Below, one piece after another: positions 10,010 to 22,741 of a DNA stretch of 64,000 bases (position 1 is the stretch's first letter; every line of letters begins with the position of its first letter). This DNA is from Bacteroidia bacterium. Its GTDB lineage: Bacteria; Bacteroidota; Bacteroidia; M30B66. Made by a program: the position numbers and the translations under genes. Location: positions 2,112,001-2,176,000 of the forward strand of contig OZ257142.1 in NCBI GenBank assembly GCA_965279035.1, given 5' to 3'. The notes under the pieces were generated by a model. The model was not told the DNA's origin, did no database searches, and saw nothing but the letters and a program-made list of their open reading frames with translations.

Positions 10010-10204
10010 ATGTCGAAGCTGGTAACATATATCGAAGAGTCTTACAATGAACTGGTTCATAAAGTGACATGGCCAACTTGGAGCGAACTACAAAGTTCTG
10101 CGATTGTTGTCATGATTTCTTCACTTATTATAGCACTTGTAATCTTCTTAATGGATTTTACATTCAGCCATGCGATGGAATTGTTTTATGACCTTTTTAA
10201 TTAA
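10010..10204 (+). CDS. secE: Preprotein translocase subunit SecE (start ATG 10010; the ORF-track start overlaps tRNA-Trp)
   Basis: ELVHKVTWPTWSEL followed by one TM helix; lies between tRNA-Trp and nusG. Confidence 0.95.
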   Translation: MSKLVTYIEESYNELVHKVTWPTWSELQSSAIVVMISSLIIALVIFLMDFTFSHAMELFYDLFN

Positions 10205-10216
10205 TACTCGTTGGAG

Positions 10217-10768
10217 ATGACAGAAGAAATCACCAACACCAAGAAATGGTACGTTTTACGTGCCGTTAGTGGCAAGGAAAAAAAGGTGAAAGAATACATC
10301 GATTCTGAAATCGTTCACCACAACATTGCTGATTATATTTCTCAAGTTTTGATACCTACTGAAAAGGTTTATCAAATTCGTAATGGAAAAAAAATCAGTA
10401 AGGAACGTAGTTATTTTCCTGGGTATATCATGATTGAGGCTCTTATGATTGGTGAGATTCCACACATCTTGAAAAATATCCCTGGTGTTATTGGCTTTTT
10501 AGGTGATAAAGGTGCTCCAATTCCACTTCGTCCAGCTGAAGTGAATCGTATTCTTGGTAAAGTGGATGAGCTTTCAGAAAGTGATGCTGAAATCAATATT
10601 CCATTTATCATTGGTGAGTCTGTTAAAGTTGTTGATGGTCCTTTCAACAGTTTTACTGGAACAATTGAGGAAATAAATGAAGAGAAAAAGAAATTGACTG
10701 TTATGGTTAAGATTTTTGGTCGTAAAACACCTTTAGAACTTAACTACATGCAGGTAGAAAAGGAATAA
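10217..10768 (+). CDS. nusG: Transcription termination/antitermination factor NusG (TTG at 10211 is an alternative start)
   Basis: WYVLRAVSGKE, FPGY, KOW motif GESVKVVDGPF, IFGRKTPLEL. Confidence 0.97.
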   Translation: MTEEITNTKKWYVLRAVSGKEKKVKEYIDSEIVHHNIADYISQVLIPTEKVYQIRNGKKISKERSYFPGYIMIEALMIGEIPHILKNIPGVIGFLGDKGAPIPLRPAEVNRILGKVDELSESDAEINIPFIIGESVKVVDGPFNSFTGTIEEINEEKKKLTVMVKIFGRKTPLELNYMQVEKE

Positions 10769-10869
10769 AAACAGTGGGCACACCTGGTGCTGTGTGAGGT
10801 TGTCTTCTCCGACATAATGCTTCCCCTCCTCATTCGAAAACAGGCCCCGCGATTCAATAACAAACAAAA

Positions 10870-11307
10870 ATGGCTAAAGAAGTAGGTGCACTCATAAAGT
10901 TACAGGTGAAAGGCGGCGCAGCCAATCCTTCTCCTCCAATCGGACCGGCACTCGGTGCGAAAGGGGTGAATATCATGGATTTCTGCAAGCAGTTCAACGC
11001 CCGTACACAGGAGCAGGCCGGTAAAGTTTTGCCAGTGATTATCACTGTTTATGTTGACAAGTCTTTTGACTTCATCGTAAAAACTCCGCCTGTGGCCATT
11101 CAACTCAAGGAAGCAACTAAATTACAAAGCGGTTCAGCTGAACCTAATCGTAAGAAAGTAGCAACCGTGACTTGGGATACTGTACGTTCTATTGCAGAAG
11201 CAAAAATGCCCGATTTAAACTGTTTTACAGTTGAATCAGCAATGAGCATGGTTGCAGGAACAGCGCGCAGTATGGGTATTAACGTTGACGGTCAGCGTCC
11301 TTTTTAA
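10870..11307 (+). CDS. rplK: 50S ribosomal protein L11
   Basis: [28 protein letters not shown]. Confidence 0.99.
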   Translation: MAKEVGALIKLQVKGGAANPSPPIGPALGAKGVNIMDFCKQFNARTQEQAGKVLPVIITVYVDKSFDFIVKTPPVAIQLKEATKLQSGSAEPNRKKVATVTWDTVRSIAEAKMPDLNCFTVESAMSMVAGTARSMGINVDGQRPF

Positions 11308-11331
11308 CTAACGAATTAAAGTTTGAGTGAA

Positions 11332-12027
11332 ATGGCACAACTGACAAAAAAACGAAAAGCAGTAATTTCAAAAGTAGAGCAGGATAAGTCCTACGCACTT
11401 TTAGAAGCAACTCGCTTGGTAAAAGAAATCTCCACAACAAAATTCGACTCATCTGTTGATGTTGCCGTTCGTTTGGGTGTAGATCCACGTAAAGCGAATC
11501 AAATGGTTCGTGGTATCGTGTCTCTTCCTCATGGAACTGGTAAAACAGTGCGTGTATTGGTTCTTTGTACTCCTGATAAGGAAGAAGAAGCTCGCGCAGC
11601 AGGTGCTGATCATGTTGGATTGGATGATTACATTGAGAAAATCAAAGGTGGTTGGACGGATGTTGATGTTATCATCACCATGCCAGCAATTATGGCCAAA
11701 GTAGGAGCTCTAGGACGTGTTCTAGGACCTCGTGGTTTGATGCCCAACCCGAAAACAGGTACTGTTACCGTTGAAGTAGGTAAAGCCGTGCAAGAAGTAA
11801 AAGCCGGTAAAATCGATTTCAAAGTGGATAAAACAGGTATCGTGCATGCAGCAATTGGCAAGACTTCTTTCTCAGAAGATAAATTGTTCGAAAATGCTAA
11901 AGAGCTTATTCAGACTATTCTGAAATTAAAGCCTTCTTCTGCAAAAGGAACATATGTGAGAAGTATTTACTTGTCAAGTACTATGAGTCCTTCAGTAGCA
12001 GTTGACATTAAGTCAGTCGGCGCCTGA
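11332..12027 (+). CDS. rplA: 50S ribosomal protein L1
   Basis: [28 protein letters not shown]; ATG at 11332. Confidence 0.99.
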   Translation: MAQLTKKRKAVISKVEQDKSYALLEATRLVKEISTTKFDSSVDVAVRLGVDPRKANQMVRGIVSLPHGTGKTVRVLVLCTPDKEEEARAAGADHVGLDDYIEKIKGGWTDVDVIITMPAIMAKVGALGRVLGPRGLMPNPKTGTVTVEVGKAVQEVKAGKIDFKVDKTGIVHAAIGKTSFSEDKLFENAKELIQTILKLKPSSAKGTYVRSIYLSSTMSPSVAVDIKSVGA

Positions 12028-12056
12028 TTATCTAAAAACTTTTAATTCTTGAAAAG

Positions 12057-12572
12057 ATGAAGAAAGAAGAAAAAGACCAGGTAATCATTGAACTGGTTGA
12101 AAAGTTAAGTGCAACTAAGAACTTCTACCTAACTGATACTTCTGCATTAACAGTTGAGAAAACGAATAAACTTCGTCGTACTTGCTTTAACAGAAAAATT
12201 GAGTTGAAGGTAGTTAAGAACACCTTGTTAAGAAAAGCGTTTGAACGCATGGAAATGGATTATTCTCCATTATTCCCAGTGCTTCATGGCTCAACTGCTG
12301 TTATGTTTACAGAATCTGTAAACGAACCAGCAAAACTGATCAAGGAGTTTCGTAAAACAAACGATAAGCCGATCTTGAAAGCCGCTTTTGTAGAAGAATC
12401 ATTCTACATCGGTGATAATCAAATCGATGCGCTTATCTCGATCAAAACCAAAAACGAGGTTATTGGTGAAATCATTGGCTTGTTACAATCACCTGCTAAA
12501 AATGTTATTTCAGCCCTTCAATCGGGAGGAAATACTATCGCTGGTCTTGTAAAAACGCTCTCTGAACGTTAA
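12057..12572 (+). CDS. rplJ: 50S ribosomal protein L10
   Basis: VVKNTL motif; lies between rplA and rplL. Confidence 0.97.
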   Translation: MKKEEKDQVIIELVEKLSATKNFYLTDTSALTVEKTNKLRRTCFNRKIELKVVKNTLLRKAFERMEMDYSPLFPVLHGSTAVMFTESVNEPAKLIKEFRKTNDKPILKAAFVEESFYIGDNQIDALISIKTKNEVIGEIIGLLQSPAKNVISALQSGGNTIAGLVKTLSER

Positions 12573-12632
12573 TAATAATCTCAATCCTTTTTTTAATAAT
12601 CCTTTTGTACAATCAACTAAAAACAACATACA

Positions 12633-13010
12633 ATGGCAGACTTGAAAGCTTTCGCGGAACAGTTGGTAAACCTAACCGTTAAGGAAGTGAACGAACTGGC
12701 TCAAATCCTTAAAGATGAATACGGTATCGAGCCGGCTGCTGCGGCAGTAGCAATCGCTGCACCTGCGGGTGGAGATGGCGCTGCAGCTGTTGAAGAAAAA
12801 ACGGCATTCGACGTAATCCTTAAGGCAGCTGGTGGTAACAAACTCGCAGTTGTGAAACTGGTTAAAGAATTAACTGGTCTTGGACTGAAAGAAGCAAAAG
12901 ATCTTGTTGACGGAGCCCCTAAGCCCCTGAAAGAAGGTGTTAGCAAGGAAGAAGCAGAAGCGTTAAAATCGCAACTGACTGAAGCCGGTGCTGAAGTAGA
13001 GGTTAAATAA
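12633..13010 (+). CDS. rplL: 50S ribosomal protein L7/L12
   Basis: [34 protein letters not shown]. Confidence 0.99.
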   Translation: MADLKAFAEQLVNLTVKEVNELAQILKDEYGIEPAAAAVAIAAPAGGDGAAAVEEKTAFDVILKAAGGNKLAVVKLVKELTGLGLKEAKDLVDGAPKPLKEGVSKEEAEALKSQLTEAGAEVEVK

Positions 13011-13027
13011 CCTTCTACTTACAAAAC

Positions 13028-13069
13028 AACAGCTAAGACTTCAATTTATATTGAGGTCTTTAGCTGTTT
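13028..13069 (+). terminator. Hairpin/attenuator between rplL and rpoB
   Basis: AACAGCTAAGACTTCAAT-TTAT-ATTGAGGTCTTTAGCTGTT(T). Confidence 0.55.
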
Positions 13070-13119
13070 GTATGCATCCCCTTTTCTTTTGCATCATTTC
13101 ATTCTAAATTCCGAGTCCC

Positions 13120-16100
13120 TTGACTTACACTAAAAAACGCCCGAACAGGTTTAGCTTTGCTTCTAGCAAACTACCTATTGATTATCCTGATTTCCTCGAT
13201 GTTCAGGTTCAATCGTTCAAGGATTTCTTTCAGCTCGAAACAACACCGGAAAACCGTCAAAATGAAGGTCTCTTCAAAGTATTTGCAGAGAACTTCCCTA
13301 TTTCGGATGCGCGGAATAATTTCGTTCTGGAATTTCTCGATTACTTTATCGATCCTCCACGATACTCAATTGAAGAGTGTCTTGATCGCGGTTTAACACA
13401 CAGTGTTCCGCTAAAAGCAAAACTTAAATTATACTGTACCGATCCTGAGCACGAAGATTTCGAAACTATCGTGCAAGACGTGTATTTGGGAACTATCCCT
13501 TACATGACACCTAAAGGAACCTTTGTTATCAATGGTGCTGAACGTGTTGTAGTATCCCAATTACATCGTTCTCCCGGTGTGTTCTTCGGTCAAAGCCGAC
13601 ACGCTAACGGTACTAAACTATACTCTGCAAGGGTAATCCCTTTTAAAGGTTCCTGGATCGAATTTGCAACCGATATCAACAGTGTGATGTATGCTTACAT
13701 CGACCGTAAGAAAAAACTTCCGGTAACTACACTACTTCGTGCTATTGGTTACGAAAGCGATAAAGACATTCTTGAGATCTTTGGTCTTGCGGATGAATTC
13801 AAGGTAAGTAAATCCAGTATTAAGAATGTTGTAGGTCGTAAATTGGCTGCACGTGTTCTTAAAACTTGGATTGAAGACTTCGTTGATGAAGATACCGGTG
13901 AGGTAGTTTCGATCGAACGTAACGAAGTCATTATTGATCGTGAAGTTGTGATTGAAAAAGATCACCTCGATTTAATCCTTGAATCTGGAGTAAAATCAAT
14001 CATCCTTCATAAGGATGACATCAACTCTGCTGATTACACAATTATTTATAATACTCTCCAAAAGGATACGTCCAACTCGGAGAAAGAAGCGGTTGAACAT
14101 ATCTACCGTCAGCTTCGTAATGCTGAACCACCTGATGAGGAAACTGCTCGTGGTATCATAGACAAGCTTTTCTTTTCTGATAAACGTTATGACTTAGGTG
14201 ATGTTGGTCGTTACAGAATCAACAAAAAACTCAACCTGGAAATTGACCAGGAAACACGTGTTCTTACAAAACAAGACATTATCTCTATCATCCGCTACTT
14301 GATCGAATTGATCAATTCAAAAGCAGATGTGGATGATATTGACCACTTGTCAAATCGTCGTGTACGTACTGTTGGTGAACAACTTTATGGACAGTTCGGT
14401 GTCGGACTTTCTCGTATGGCACGTACCATTCGTGAACGTATGAACGTACGTGATAACGAGGTGTTTACACCAACTGATTTGATTAATGCTAAGACCTTAT
14501 CTAGCGTTATCAATTCGTTCTTTGGAACCAATCAGTTGTCTCAGTTTATGGATCAAACCAACCCGCTTTCGGAGATAACGCATAAGCGTCGTCTTTCTGC
14601 ACTCGGGCCAGGTGGTCTTTCACGTGAACGCGCTGGTTTTGAGGTACGTGACGTCCATTATACACATTATGGTCGCCTTTGTACGATTGAAACACCTGAA
14701 GGTCCAAACATTGGTTTGATTTCTTCACTTTGCGTTTTTGCGAAAATTAACAAACTAGGTTTCATTGAAACTCCATACCGAACTGTTACAAACGGTAAGG
14801 TTGATATTGATAAACCCATTGTATATTTAAGCGCTGAAGAAGAAGAAACATCGATTATCGCTCAATCTAAAACTTCAACCGACGATAATGGTAATTTCAT
14901 GGATGCTCGTGTAAAAGCACGATTCGCCGGAGATTTTCCAGTTGTTGAGCCAAGTCAGATTAAGTTGATGGACGTTGCTCCAAATCAAATTGCATCCATT
15001 GCAGCTTCATTAATTCCTTTCCTTGAACACGATGATGCAAACCGTGCTTTGATGGGTTCAAACATGATGCGTCAGGCAGTTCCTTTGTTGAATCCTGAAG
15101 CACCTTATGTTGGAACTGGACTAGAAGCATCTGTTGCCCGCGATTCTCGTGTGTTGATAAACGCAGAAGGTGAAGGAACTGTAGAATGGGTTGATGCTAA
15201 CGAAATCGTTATTCGTTACAATCGTTCAGAAGATGATCGTTTGGTTAGTTTTGAAGACGACATTCGTACATATAAGCTTACTAAATTCCGTAAAACCAAC
15301 CAGAATACTACAATCAACTTGAAGCCAATTGTGGCAAAAGGTGAAAAAGTATCACTTGGTCAAGTTTTATGCGAAGGATATGCAACACAAGGCGGCGAAC
15401 TTGCTTTAGGTCGTAACTTGAAAGTAGCATTCATGCCTTGGAAAGGTTACAATTTCGAGGATGCAATTGTAATTTCTGAGCGTATTATTCGTGAAGATGT
15501 ATTTACTAGCCTCCATATTGAGGAATTTATTCTTGAAGTACGCGATACAAAACGTGGTCTCGAAGAATTAACTTCTGATATTCCGAATGTTAGTGAAGAA
15601 GCTACGAAAGATCTCGATGAGAATGGATTAATTCGAATTGGTGCTGATGTAAAACCAGGTGATATTCTCATCGGTAAGATCACACCGAAAGGCGAAACAG
15701 ATCCTTCTCCAGAAGAAAAATTGTTACGTGCCATTTTTGGTGATAAAGCAGGTGATGTGAAAGATGCTTCTTTAAAGGCACCTCCATCATTAAATGGTGT
15801 TGTGATCGATAAGAAATTATTCTCTCGAATCATTAAAGACCGTAAATCGAAGACAGAAGAAAAACCAACTCTTGCTAAGATTGATCAAGAGCGCGACAAG
15901 GAAATTGTTGAATTGAAAAGTCGTTTGGTTGATAAACTCTTCCAATTGGTAAATGGTAAAACATCTCAAGGAATAAATAACAATTTCAAAGAAGAAGTAG
16001 TTCCTAAAGGAGCTAAGTTCACTGTGAAAATGTTACAGGGAATTGATTATTCATCTGTAAATCCAAGCAAATGGACTACAGATAAGGATAAGAATCTCTT

Positions 16101-16932
16101 GATTAAAACCTTGTTGAATAATTACCTAATTCGTTTCAACGACATCAATGGTATCGCAAAACGCAAAAAATTTGCTGCTACTGTTGGTGATGAACTTCCT
16201 GCTGGAATAGTTCAATTGGCTAAAGTTTATATCGCTAAGAAACGTAAGTTGAAAGTGGGTGATAAAATGGCTGGTCGTCACGGTAATAAAGGGATTGTTG
16301 CCAAAATTGTTCGTGATGAGGAAATGCCATTCCTAGAAGATGGAACTCCTGTAGATATCGTATTGAATCCACTGGGTGTACCTTCACGGATGAACCTTGG
16401 ACAGATATACGAAACTGTTCTTGCTTGGGCAGGTAAAGAATTGGGAATGACTTTCGCGACACCAATTTTCGATGGTGCTACGATCGATCAAATCAATGAA
16501 TATACTGATAAAGCTGGTGTTCCACGTTATGGTAGAACTTTCCTTCATGATGGAGGAACTGGAGATCGTTTCGATCAACCAGCAACAGTTGGTATAATCT
16601 ACATGCTTAAACTCGGCCACATGGTTGACGATAAGATGCATGCTCGTTCAATCGGACCATATTCACTTATTACTCAACAACCATTGGGTGGTAAGGCACA
16701 GTTCGGAGGTCAGCGTTTTGGAGAGATGGAAGTTTGGGCACTTGAAGCTTTTGGTGCAGCTAACATTCTTCAAGAAATCCTTACTGTTAAGTCTGATGAT
16801 GTTATTGGACGTGCCAAGGCTTATGAAGCAATAGTGAAAGGTGATAACATGCCTACGCCAGGTATTCCTGAGTCGTTCAATGTGTTATTGCATGAACTAC
16901 GCGGCCTCGGCCTGAAAATTACACTCGACTAG
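13120..16932 (+). CDS. rpoB: RNA polymerase beta subunit (TTG start)
   Basis: [52 protein letters not shown]. Confidence 0.99.
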   Translation: MTYTKKRPNRFSFASSKLPIDYPDFLDVQVQSFKDFFQLETTPENRQNEGLFKVFAENFPISDARNNFVLEFLDYFIDPPRYSIEECLDRGLTHSVPLKAKLKLYCTDPEHEDFETIVQDVYLGTIPYMTPKGTFVINGAERVVVSQLHRSPGVFFGQSRHANGTKLYSARVIPFKGSWIEFATDINSVMYAYIDRKKKLPVTTLLRAIGYESDKDILEIFGLADEFKVSKSSIKNVVGRKLAARVLKTWIEDFVDEDTGEVVSIERNEVIIDREVVIEKDHLDLILESGVKSIILHKDDINSADYTIIYNTLQKDTSNSEKEAVEHIYRQLRNAEPPDEETARGIIDKLFFSDKRYDLGDVGRYRINKKLNLEIDQETRVLTKQDIISIIRYLIELINSKADVDDIDHLSNRRVRTVGEQLYGQFGVGLSRMARTIRERMNVRDNEVFTPTDLINAKTLSSVINSFFGTNQLSQFMDQTNPLSEITHKRRLSALGPGGLSRERAGFEVRDVHYTHYGRLCTIETPEGPNIGLISSLCVFAKINKLGFIETPYRTVTNGKVDIDKPIVYLSAEEEETSIIAQSKTSTDDNGNFMDARVKARFAGDFPVVEPSQIKLMDVAPNQIASIAASLIPFLEHDDANRALMGSNMMRQAVPLLNPEAPYVGTGLEASVARDSRVLINAEGEGTVEWVDANEIVIRYNRSEDDRLVSFEDDIRTYKLTKFRKTNQNTTINLKPIVAKGEKVSLGQVLCEGYATQGGELALGRNLKVAFMPWKGYNFEDAIVISERIIREDVFTSLHIEEFILEVRDTKRGLEELTSDIPNVSEEATKDLDENGLIRIGADVKPGDILIGKITPKGETDPSPEEKLLRAIFGDKAGDVKDASLKAPPSLNGVVIDKKLFSRIIKDRKSKTEEKPTLAKIDQERDKEIVELKSRLVDKLFQLVNGKTSQGINNNFKEEVVPKGAKFTVKMLQGIDYSSVNPSKWTTDKDKNLLIKTLLNNYLIRFNDINGIAKRKKFAATVGDELPAGIVQLAKVYIAKKRKLKVGDKMAGRHGNKGIVAKIVRDEEMPFLEDGTPVDIVLNPLGVPSRMNLGQIYETVLAWAGKELGMTFATPIFDGATIDQINEYTDKAGVPRYGRTFLHDGGTGDRFDQPATVGIIYMLKLGHMVDDKMHARSIGPYSLITQQPLGGKAQFGGQRFGEMEVWALEAFGAANILQEILTVKSDDVIGRAKAYEAIVKGDNMPTPGIPESFNVLLHELRGLGLKITLD

Positions 16933-16996
16933 ATTTCCAGACCCCGACATCCAAACTGGATGTCGGGATCTTTTATTCATTTGAATCTGATCTATA

Positions 16997-19900
16997 ATGG
17001 CTTTACGCAAAGACATAAAACTCAAGAGTAACTTCAAACAGATCATCGTTAGTTTGGCATCCCCGGAAGATATCCTGGACCAAAGTCATGGTGAAGTTTT
17101 GAAACCAGAAACGATCAATTACAGAACATATAAACCAGAAATGGGTGGCTTGTTTTGTGAACGTATTTTTGGACCAGTTAAAGATTACGAATGCCACTGC
17201 GGTAAATACAAACGAATTCGTTATAAAGGAATTATTTGTGATCGTTGTGGAGTAGAAGTTACTGAAAAGAAAGTACGTCGTGAGCGTATGGGACACATCC
17301 AATTGGTAGTTCCTGTTGCTCATATTTGGTTCTTTCGTTCACTTCCTAATAAAATTGGTTACTTACTCGGATTAGCAACCAAGAAATTGGATGCGATCAT
17401 TTACTACGAACGTTATGTAGTAATTCAAGCGGGTATGGCTGGTGAACATGGATTAAATTACATGGATTTTCTAACCGAAGAAGAATACCTTCAGGTTTTA
17501 GAAAATTTACCTAAAGAAAACCAATACTTGGATGATGCCGATCCAAACAAGTTCATCGCCAAAATGGGAGCTGATGCATTGTATATGCTTTTGTCTCGCT
17601 TGAATTTGGAAGAACTATCTTACGATCTTCGTCACAAAGCAAATACTGAAACTTCGCAACAACGTAAAAATGAAGCGCTTAAGCGTCTTCAAGTTGTTGA
17701 AGCATTCCGTATGGCTAATGAGGGTAACAAAGTAAATCGTCCTGAATGGATGATTTTAAAAGTAATCCCTGTTATCCCACCAGAATTACGTCCACTTGTT
17801 CCTTTGGATGGTGGTCGATTTGCAACTTCTGATTTAAATGACCTTTATCGTCGCGTTATTATTCGTAATAACCGATTGAAGCGTTTGATCGAAATCAAAG
17901 CTCCTGAGGTAATCTTACGTAACGAGAAACGGATGTTACAAGAAGCAGTGGATTCATTGCTTGATAACTCACGTAAATCAAATGCTGTAAAGACAGAATC
18001 AAACCGTGCCTTGAAATCCCTTTCCGATTCTTTGAAAGGAAAACAAGGTCGTTTCCGTCAGAACTTACTCGGAAAACGTGTCGATTATTCTGCTCGTTCG
18101 GTAATTGTCGTTGGACCAGATTTGAAACTTCATGAGTGCGGTCTTCCAAAAGACATGGCTGCTGAATTATTCAAACCGTTCATCATTCGTAAAATGATTG
18201 AGCGTGGTGTAGTTAAAACTGTTAAGAGTGCTAAAAAAATCGTTGACAAGAAAGAACCAATCGTTTGGGATATTCTTGAAAATATTTTGAAAGGCCACCC
18301 TGTTCTTCTTAACCGCGCCCCAACACTTCACCGTTTAGGTATTCAGTCCTTTCAACCAAAATTGATTGAAGGAAAAGCGATTCAGCTTCACCCATTGGTT
18401 TGTACGGCATTCAACGCCGATTTCGATGGTGACCAAATGGCTGTTCACGTTCCACTTGGAAATGCAGCAATTTTGGAAGCTCAGTTATTGATGCTTGCTT
18501 CTCATAACATCCTAAACCCTGCGAACGGAGCTCCTATTACAGTTCCATCTCAGGACATGGTTTTGGGTCTTTATTACACCACTAAAGGTCGTCGTACAGA
18601 TGCAACTCGTGTTATTAAAGGAGAAGGTTCTACTTTTTACTCTGCTGAAGAAGTTATCATTGCATACAATGAAAAACGCATTGATCTTCACGCTTGGATT
18701 AAGGTAAAACACAATGTAAAAGAAGGAGATGTTCTAGTAAATAAAATTATTGAAACTACTGTAGGTCGTGTCCTGTTTAATCAGGTAGTTCCTCCACAAG
18801 TTGGTTTCATTAATGAATTGTTGACTAAGAAATCACTTCGTGACATTATTGGAAATATCGTTAAGGAAACAGGTATGGCAGTAACTGCCAAGTTTTTGGA
18901 TGATATCAAAGATCTTGGATTTACAATGGCATTCCGCGGTGGTCTTTCTTTCAACTTAGGTGACGTTATTGTTCCTGAGGATAAAGAGAAGATGGTTGAA
19001 GATGCAAATACGCAAGTGGAAGAAGTAATGATGAACTATAATATGGGTTTCATTACTAACAACGAGCGTTACAACCAAATCATCGATATCTGGACGCATA
19101 CTAACTCTCGTCTAACTCAACGTTTGATGACTCAGTTGGTTAACGACAACCAAGGTTTTAACCCGATTTACATGATGCTCGATTCTGGAGCACGTGGTTC
19201 TAAAGAGCAGATTCGTCAGCTTTCTGGAATGCGTGGTCTAATGGCGAAACCTCAAAAATCAGGAGCCTCTGGTGGTGAGATTATTGAAAATCCGATCCTT
19301 TCTAACTTTAAGGAAGGTCTATCGATCCTTGAGTATTTCATTTCTACCCACGGTGCACGTAAAGGACTTGCAGATACGGCTTTGAAAACGGCAGATGCTG
19401 GTTACTTAACACGTCGTTTGGTAGATGTATCTCAAGATGTGATTATTTGTTTGGAAGATTGCGGAACACTTCGTGGTTTAACTGCAATTCCATTGAAAAA
19501 CAATGAAGAAATCGTTGAAAGTCTTTACGACAGAATTTTAGGTCGTACTTCTCTTCACGATGTATATAGCCCTACAACAGGTGAATTATTAATTAATAGC
19601 GGTGATCAGATTCGTGAAGATGAAGCTAGAAAAATTGAAGCTTCAGGTTTAGAATCTGTTGAAATTCGTTCCGTATTAACTTGTGAATCTGAACAAGGAG
19701 TATGTTCAAAATGCTACGGAAGAAATTTAGCTAGTGGACGTATGGTTCAAAAAGGTGAAGCAGTTGGTGTTATTGCTGCTCAATCAATTGGAGAACCTGG
19801 TACTCAGCTTACACTTCGTACATTCCACGTTGGGGGTACGGCATCAAACACAGCAACTGCATCTAAAGTAGAAGCTAAATTTGATGGTATTCTTGAAATT

Positions 19901-21292
19901 GATGAATTACGTACAGTATCTAAGGAAGATGAAAACGGTAATCCAGTAGAGATCGTAATTGGTCGTTCAGCTGAAATGCGTATCATCGATCCAAAGACAA
20001 TGGTCATCCTAACAACAGCAAATATTCCATATGGAGCTTCCATGTTCGCTAAAAATGGCGTTACAGTGAAGAAAGGAGATTTGATTTGTGAATGGGATCC
20101 ATATAATGCTGTAATTATTTCTGAAACTGCTGGTAAGATTAGCTTTGAAGATCTTGAAGATGGTATTACTTATCGTGAAGAAAGTGATGAACAAACAGGT
20201 TTCCGTGAAAAAGTAATCATTGAACGTCGTGATAAAACTAAAAACCCGATGATTAAAATCATTGATGGTTCTAAAGAAGTCGTTCGTTCATATTCACTTC
20301 CCGTAGCAGCTCACATTGTTGTGAATGATGGTCAAAAGGTGAAAATCGGTGAAACACTCGTAAAAATCCCTCGCCAAAACGGTAAATTAGGTGATATCAC
20401 TGGTGGTCTTCCACGTGTGACCGAGTTGTTTGAAGCTCGTAATCCATCGAATCCTGCCGTTGTTTCTGAAATTGATGGTATTGTATCTTTTGGTAAAGTG
20501 AAACGCGGTAACCGAGAGGTAATTATTGAATCTAAAACAGGTGAACAAAAGAAATATCTAATTTCTTTAAGTAAGCATATTTTGGTTCAAGAGAACGACT
20601 ACGTAAAAGCTGGTCAGCCATTAAGTGAAGGTGCAACTACACCAGGAGATATCTTGGCTATCAAAGGTCCAACTAAAGTTCAGGAATACTTAGTGAATGA
20701 AATTCAGGAAGTATATCGTTTACAAGGTGTGAAAATCAACGATAAGCACTTCGAGGTAATTGTTCGCCAGATGATGCGTAAAGTGGAAATTCTTGATCCA
20801 GGTGACACGAAATTCCTAGAAGGTCAGATGAATAACAAGTTGGAATTCAACTTAGAGAACGACTATATTTTCGATAAGAAAGTAGTGTTGGATCCGGGTG
20901 ATTCTACTACGTTGAAAGCGGGCCAGATCGTTACTGCTCGTAAGCTTCGTGATGAAAATTCGATGCTGAAGCGTAAAGATTTAAGAGTTGTTGAATCTCG
21001 TGATGCAGTTCCTGCAACTGCTAATCAAGTTCTTCAAGGTATTACTCGCGCTTCATTACAAACGAAGAGCTTCATTTCTGCTGCTTCCTTCCAGGAAACA
21101 ACTAAAGTGTTGAATGAAGCTGCAATTAGCGCTAAATCGGATGAATTACTTGGCTTGAAAGAGAATGTAATTGTTGGTCACTTAATTCCAGCTGGTACAG
21201 GTTTACGTGAATATGAAAACATTGTAGTTGGTTCACAAGATGAATACAATGTACTAATGGCTTCAAAGAAACGTAAAGAAGAATTAGCTTAA
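16997..21292 (+). CDS. rpoC: RNA polymerase beta' subunit
   Basis: Catalytic NADFDGD; zinc finger CHCGKYK...CDRC. Confidence 0.99.
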   Translation: MALRKDIKLKSNFKQIIVSLASPEDILDQSHGEVLKPETINYRTYKPEMGGLFCERIFGPVKDYECHCGKYKRIRYKGIICDRCGVEVTEKKVRRERMGHIQLVVPVAHIWFFRSLPNKIGYLLGLATKKLDAIIYYERYVVIQAGMAGEHGLNYMDFLTEEEYLQVLENLPKENQYLDDADPNKFIAKMGADALYMLLSRLNLEELSYDLRHKANTETSQQRKNEALKRLQVVEAFRMANEGNKVNRPEWMILKVIPVIPPELRPLVPLDGGRFATSDLNDLYRRVIIRNNRLKRLIEIKAPEVILRNEKRMLQEAVDSLLDNSRKSNAVKTESNRALKSLSDSLKGKQGRFRQNLLGKRVDYSARSVIVVGPDLKLHECGLPKDMAAELFKPFIIRKMIERGVVKTVKSAKKIVDKKEPIVWDILENILKGHPVLLNRAPTLHRLGIQSFQPKLIEGKAIQLHPLVCTAFNADFDGDQMAVHVPLGNAAILEAQLLMLASHNILNPANGAPITVPSQDMVLGLYYTTKGRRTDATRVIKGEGSTFYSAEEVIIAYNEKRIDLHAWIKVKHNVKEGDVLVNKIIETTVGRVLFNQVVPPQVGFINELLTKKSLRDIIGNIVKETGMAVTAKFLDDIKDLGFTMAFRGGLSFNLGDVIVPEDKEKMVEDANTQVEEVMMNYNMGFITNNERYNQIIDIWTHTNSRLTQRLMTQLVNDNQGFNPIYMMLDSGARGSKEQIRQLSGMRGLMAKPQKSGASGGEIIENPILSNFKEGLSILEYFISTHGARKGLADTALKTADAGYLTRRLVDVSQDVIICLEDCGTLRGLTAIPLKNNEEIVESLYDRILGRTSLHDVYSPTTGELLINSGDQIREDEARKIEASGLESVEIRSVLTCESEQGVCSKCYGRNLASGRMVQKGEAVGVIAAQSIGEPGTQLTLRTFHVGGTASNTATASKVEAKFDGILEIDELRTVSKEDENGNPVEIVIGRSAEMRIIDPKTMVILTTANIPYGASMFAKNGVTVKKGDLICEWDPYNAVIISETAGKISFEDLEDGITYREESDEQTGFREKVIIERRDKTKNPMIKIIDGSKEVVRSYSLPVAAHIVVNDGQKVKIGETLVKIPRQNGKLGDITGGLPRVTELFEARNPSNPAVVSEIDGIVSFGKVKRGNREVIIESKTGEQKKYLISLSKHILVQENDYVKAGQPLSEGATTPGDILAIKGPTKVQEYLVNEIQEVYRLQGVKINDKHFEVIVRQMMRKVEILDPGDTKFLEGQMNNKLEFNLENDYIFDKKVVLDPGDSTTLKAGQIVTARKLRDENSMLKRKDLRVVESRDAVPATANQVLQGITRASLQTKSFISAASFQETTKVLNEAAISAKSDELLGLKENVIVGHLIPAGTGLREYENIVVGSQDEYNVLMASKKRKEELA

Positions 21293-21303
21293 TCTGAATT
21301 ACT

Positions 21304-21621
21304 ATGGAAGAAAATCAAAATCCGGAAGGACAATTAAACATTGAGCTTTCTGAAGAAGTAGCTGAAGGAATTTATTCTAATCTAGCTATTATAACACATT
21401 CCAATTCGGAGTTTGTTGTTGATTTCATCAAAGTAATGCCAGGAGTTCCAAAAGCGCGTGTAAAATCTCGTATTGTACTTACGCCTCAACATGCCAAACG
21501 TTTGCTTACTGCTTTGAAAGAAAATGTAGCAAAATTTGAATCAGTTCATGGAACAATTAAAGTTGATAATGGAGCTGCAGCGTTTCCTATGAATTTTGGT
21601 GGACCTACTGCTCAGGCATAA
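21304..21621 (+). CDS. DUF3467 family protein
   Basis: LNIELSEEVAEGIYSNLAIITHSNSEFVVDF...RIVLTPQHAKRL; commonly follows rpoC in Bacteroidota. Confidence 0.88.
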   Translation: MEENQNPEGQLNIELSEEVAEGIYSNLAIITHSNSEFVVDFIKVMPGVPKARVKSRIVLTPQHAKRLLTALKENVAKFESVHGTIKVDNGAAAFPMNFGGPTAQA

Positions 21622-21637
21622 TTGAAATTAATTTTTG

Positions 21638-21675
21638 AAGCGGGTAAACGGATACTTTCTGTTTACCCGTTTTTT
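21638..21675 (+). terminator. Rho-independent terminator of the rpoBC operon
   Basis: GCGGGTAAACGGA-TACTT-TCTGTTTACCCGT followed by TTTTT. Confidence 0.85.
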
Positions 21676-21830
21676 ATTGGAGTTTTAGTAAAATGTATAT
21701 CACAATTAATATTAGAAATTGATTTCATTAGAAATCTGACAATGTAACATTCTTAGTTATTATCAGTAAAACAAAAGGTTTTTTTATTGAATTTCTTAAG
21801 GATTCAGATATCAAAAACTTATTTTACTCG

Positions 21831-22673
21831 ATGTATATGAATGTTTCTACACGATTCTATAAAACTGTTGTTCTTTCGATTTTATGCATTGTTTTTAGTT
21901 TGATACTTTCTAATCTAAAAGCACAAATTCCAGTTTCTACTATAAATGTTGTTCGACAAGTAGTTGATACACGTCAAATTATAATAGATAAACTTGATCA
22001 ATCGATGATTTTTGTTGAAGGAGGGACTTTTCAAATGGGAGCAACACCTGATCAAGGAACAGATTGTTCTAAGGATGAATTACCTGTTCATTCTGTTCAG
22101 ATATCCGATTTTTACATGCTAAAAACCGAAGTAACACAAGAACTTTGGTTAGCAATCATGGAAAGTAATCCATCCTCTAATCAACGAAGCAATCAATTCC
22201 CATTAGAAAATGTAACTCGTGCAGATGTTGATGCTTTTATTAAGAGATTAAACTTTTTGACTTGCAAGAATTATCGTTTGCCCACAGAAGCTGAATGGGA
22301 ATATGCTGCTCGTGGTGGAAAGAAAAGTCGTCATCTGCTTTACAGTGGATCTTCTGATGCCAATTTAGTTTCTTGGAATAACGTAAATGCAAATGGAAAG
22401 AGCCATATTGTGGGTACCAAACAAGCAAATGAATTAGGTTTAAACGACTTAAGTGGCAATGTGTGGGAATATTGCTCCGATTGGTATGCTCCTTATTCTG
22501 CCGAACTTGTTGTTAATCCCAAAGGTCCAGCAAATGGTACCGAATTCATAGTCCGTGGCGGTAGTTGGGCAGGATCTTCTTGGTTATGCCGAAATTCTCT
22601 ACGGTTTCATTTCTCTACCGATTTCAAAAGTCCTTATGTGGGATTTCGCCTTGTAGAAGTGAAGAAAAAATAA
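21831..22673 (+). CDS. Secreted FGE-sulfatase (SUMF1/CLec-fold) domain protein
   Basis: Signal-peptide-like N-terminus; GGTFQMG, EVTQ, RLPTEAEWEYAARGG, DLSGNVWE, RGGSW, GFRL. Confidence 0.9.
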   Translation: MYMNVSTRFYKTVVLSILCIVFSLILSNLKAQIPVSTINVVRQVVDTRQIIIDKLDQSMIFVEGGTFQMGATPDQGTDCSKDELPVHSVQISDFYMLKTEVTQELWLAIMESNPSSNQRSNQFPLENVTRADVDAFIKRLNFLTCKNYRLPTEAEWEYAARGGKKSRHLLYSGSSDANLVSWNNVNANGKSHIVGTKQANELGLNDLSGNVWEYCSDWYAPYSAELVVNPKGPANGTEFIVRGGSWAGSSWLCRNSLRFHFSTDFKSPYVGFRLVEVKKK

Positions 22674-22705
22674 TTTGCTTCCATTTCATAAAAAATGAAA
22701 TAAGG

Positions 22706-22737
22706 TATGCATGCATAACAAATCTTTTTTAGGTTTG
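22706..22737 (+). promoter_or_regulatory. Putative MarR operator palindrome and -7 promoter element of the fatty-acid oxidation operon
   Basis: Perfect palindrome TATGCATGCATA at 22706-22717; TAGGTTTG at 22730-22737, 4 nt before the ATG. Confidence 0.6.
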
Positions 22738-22741
22738 TGTC

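Noticed and set aside
12669-12677. AACCTAACC in early rplL, complementary to the candidate sRNA loop
   Set aside because: Only 9 nt, and explained by the conserved N-L-T codons; chance is likely.
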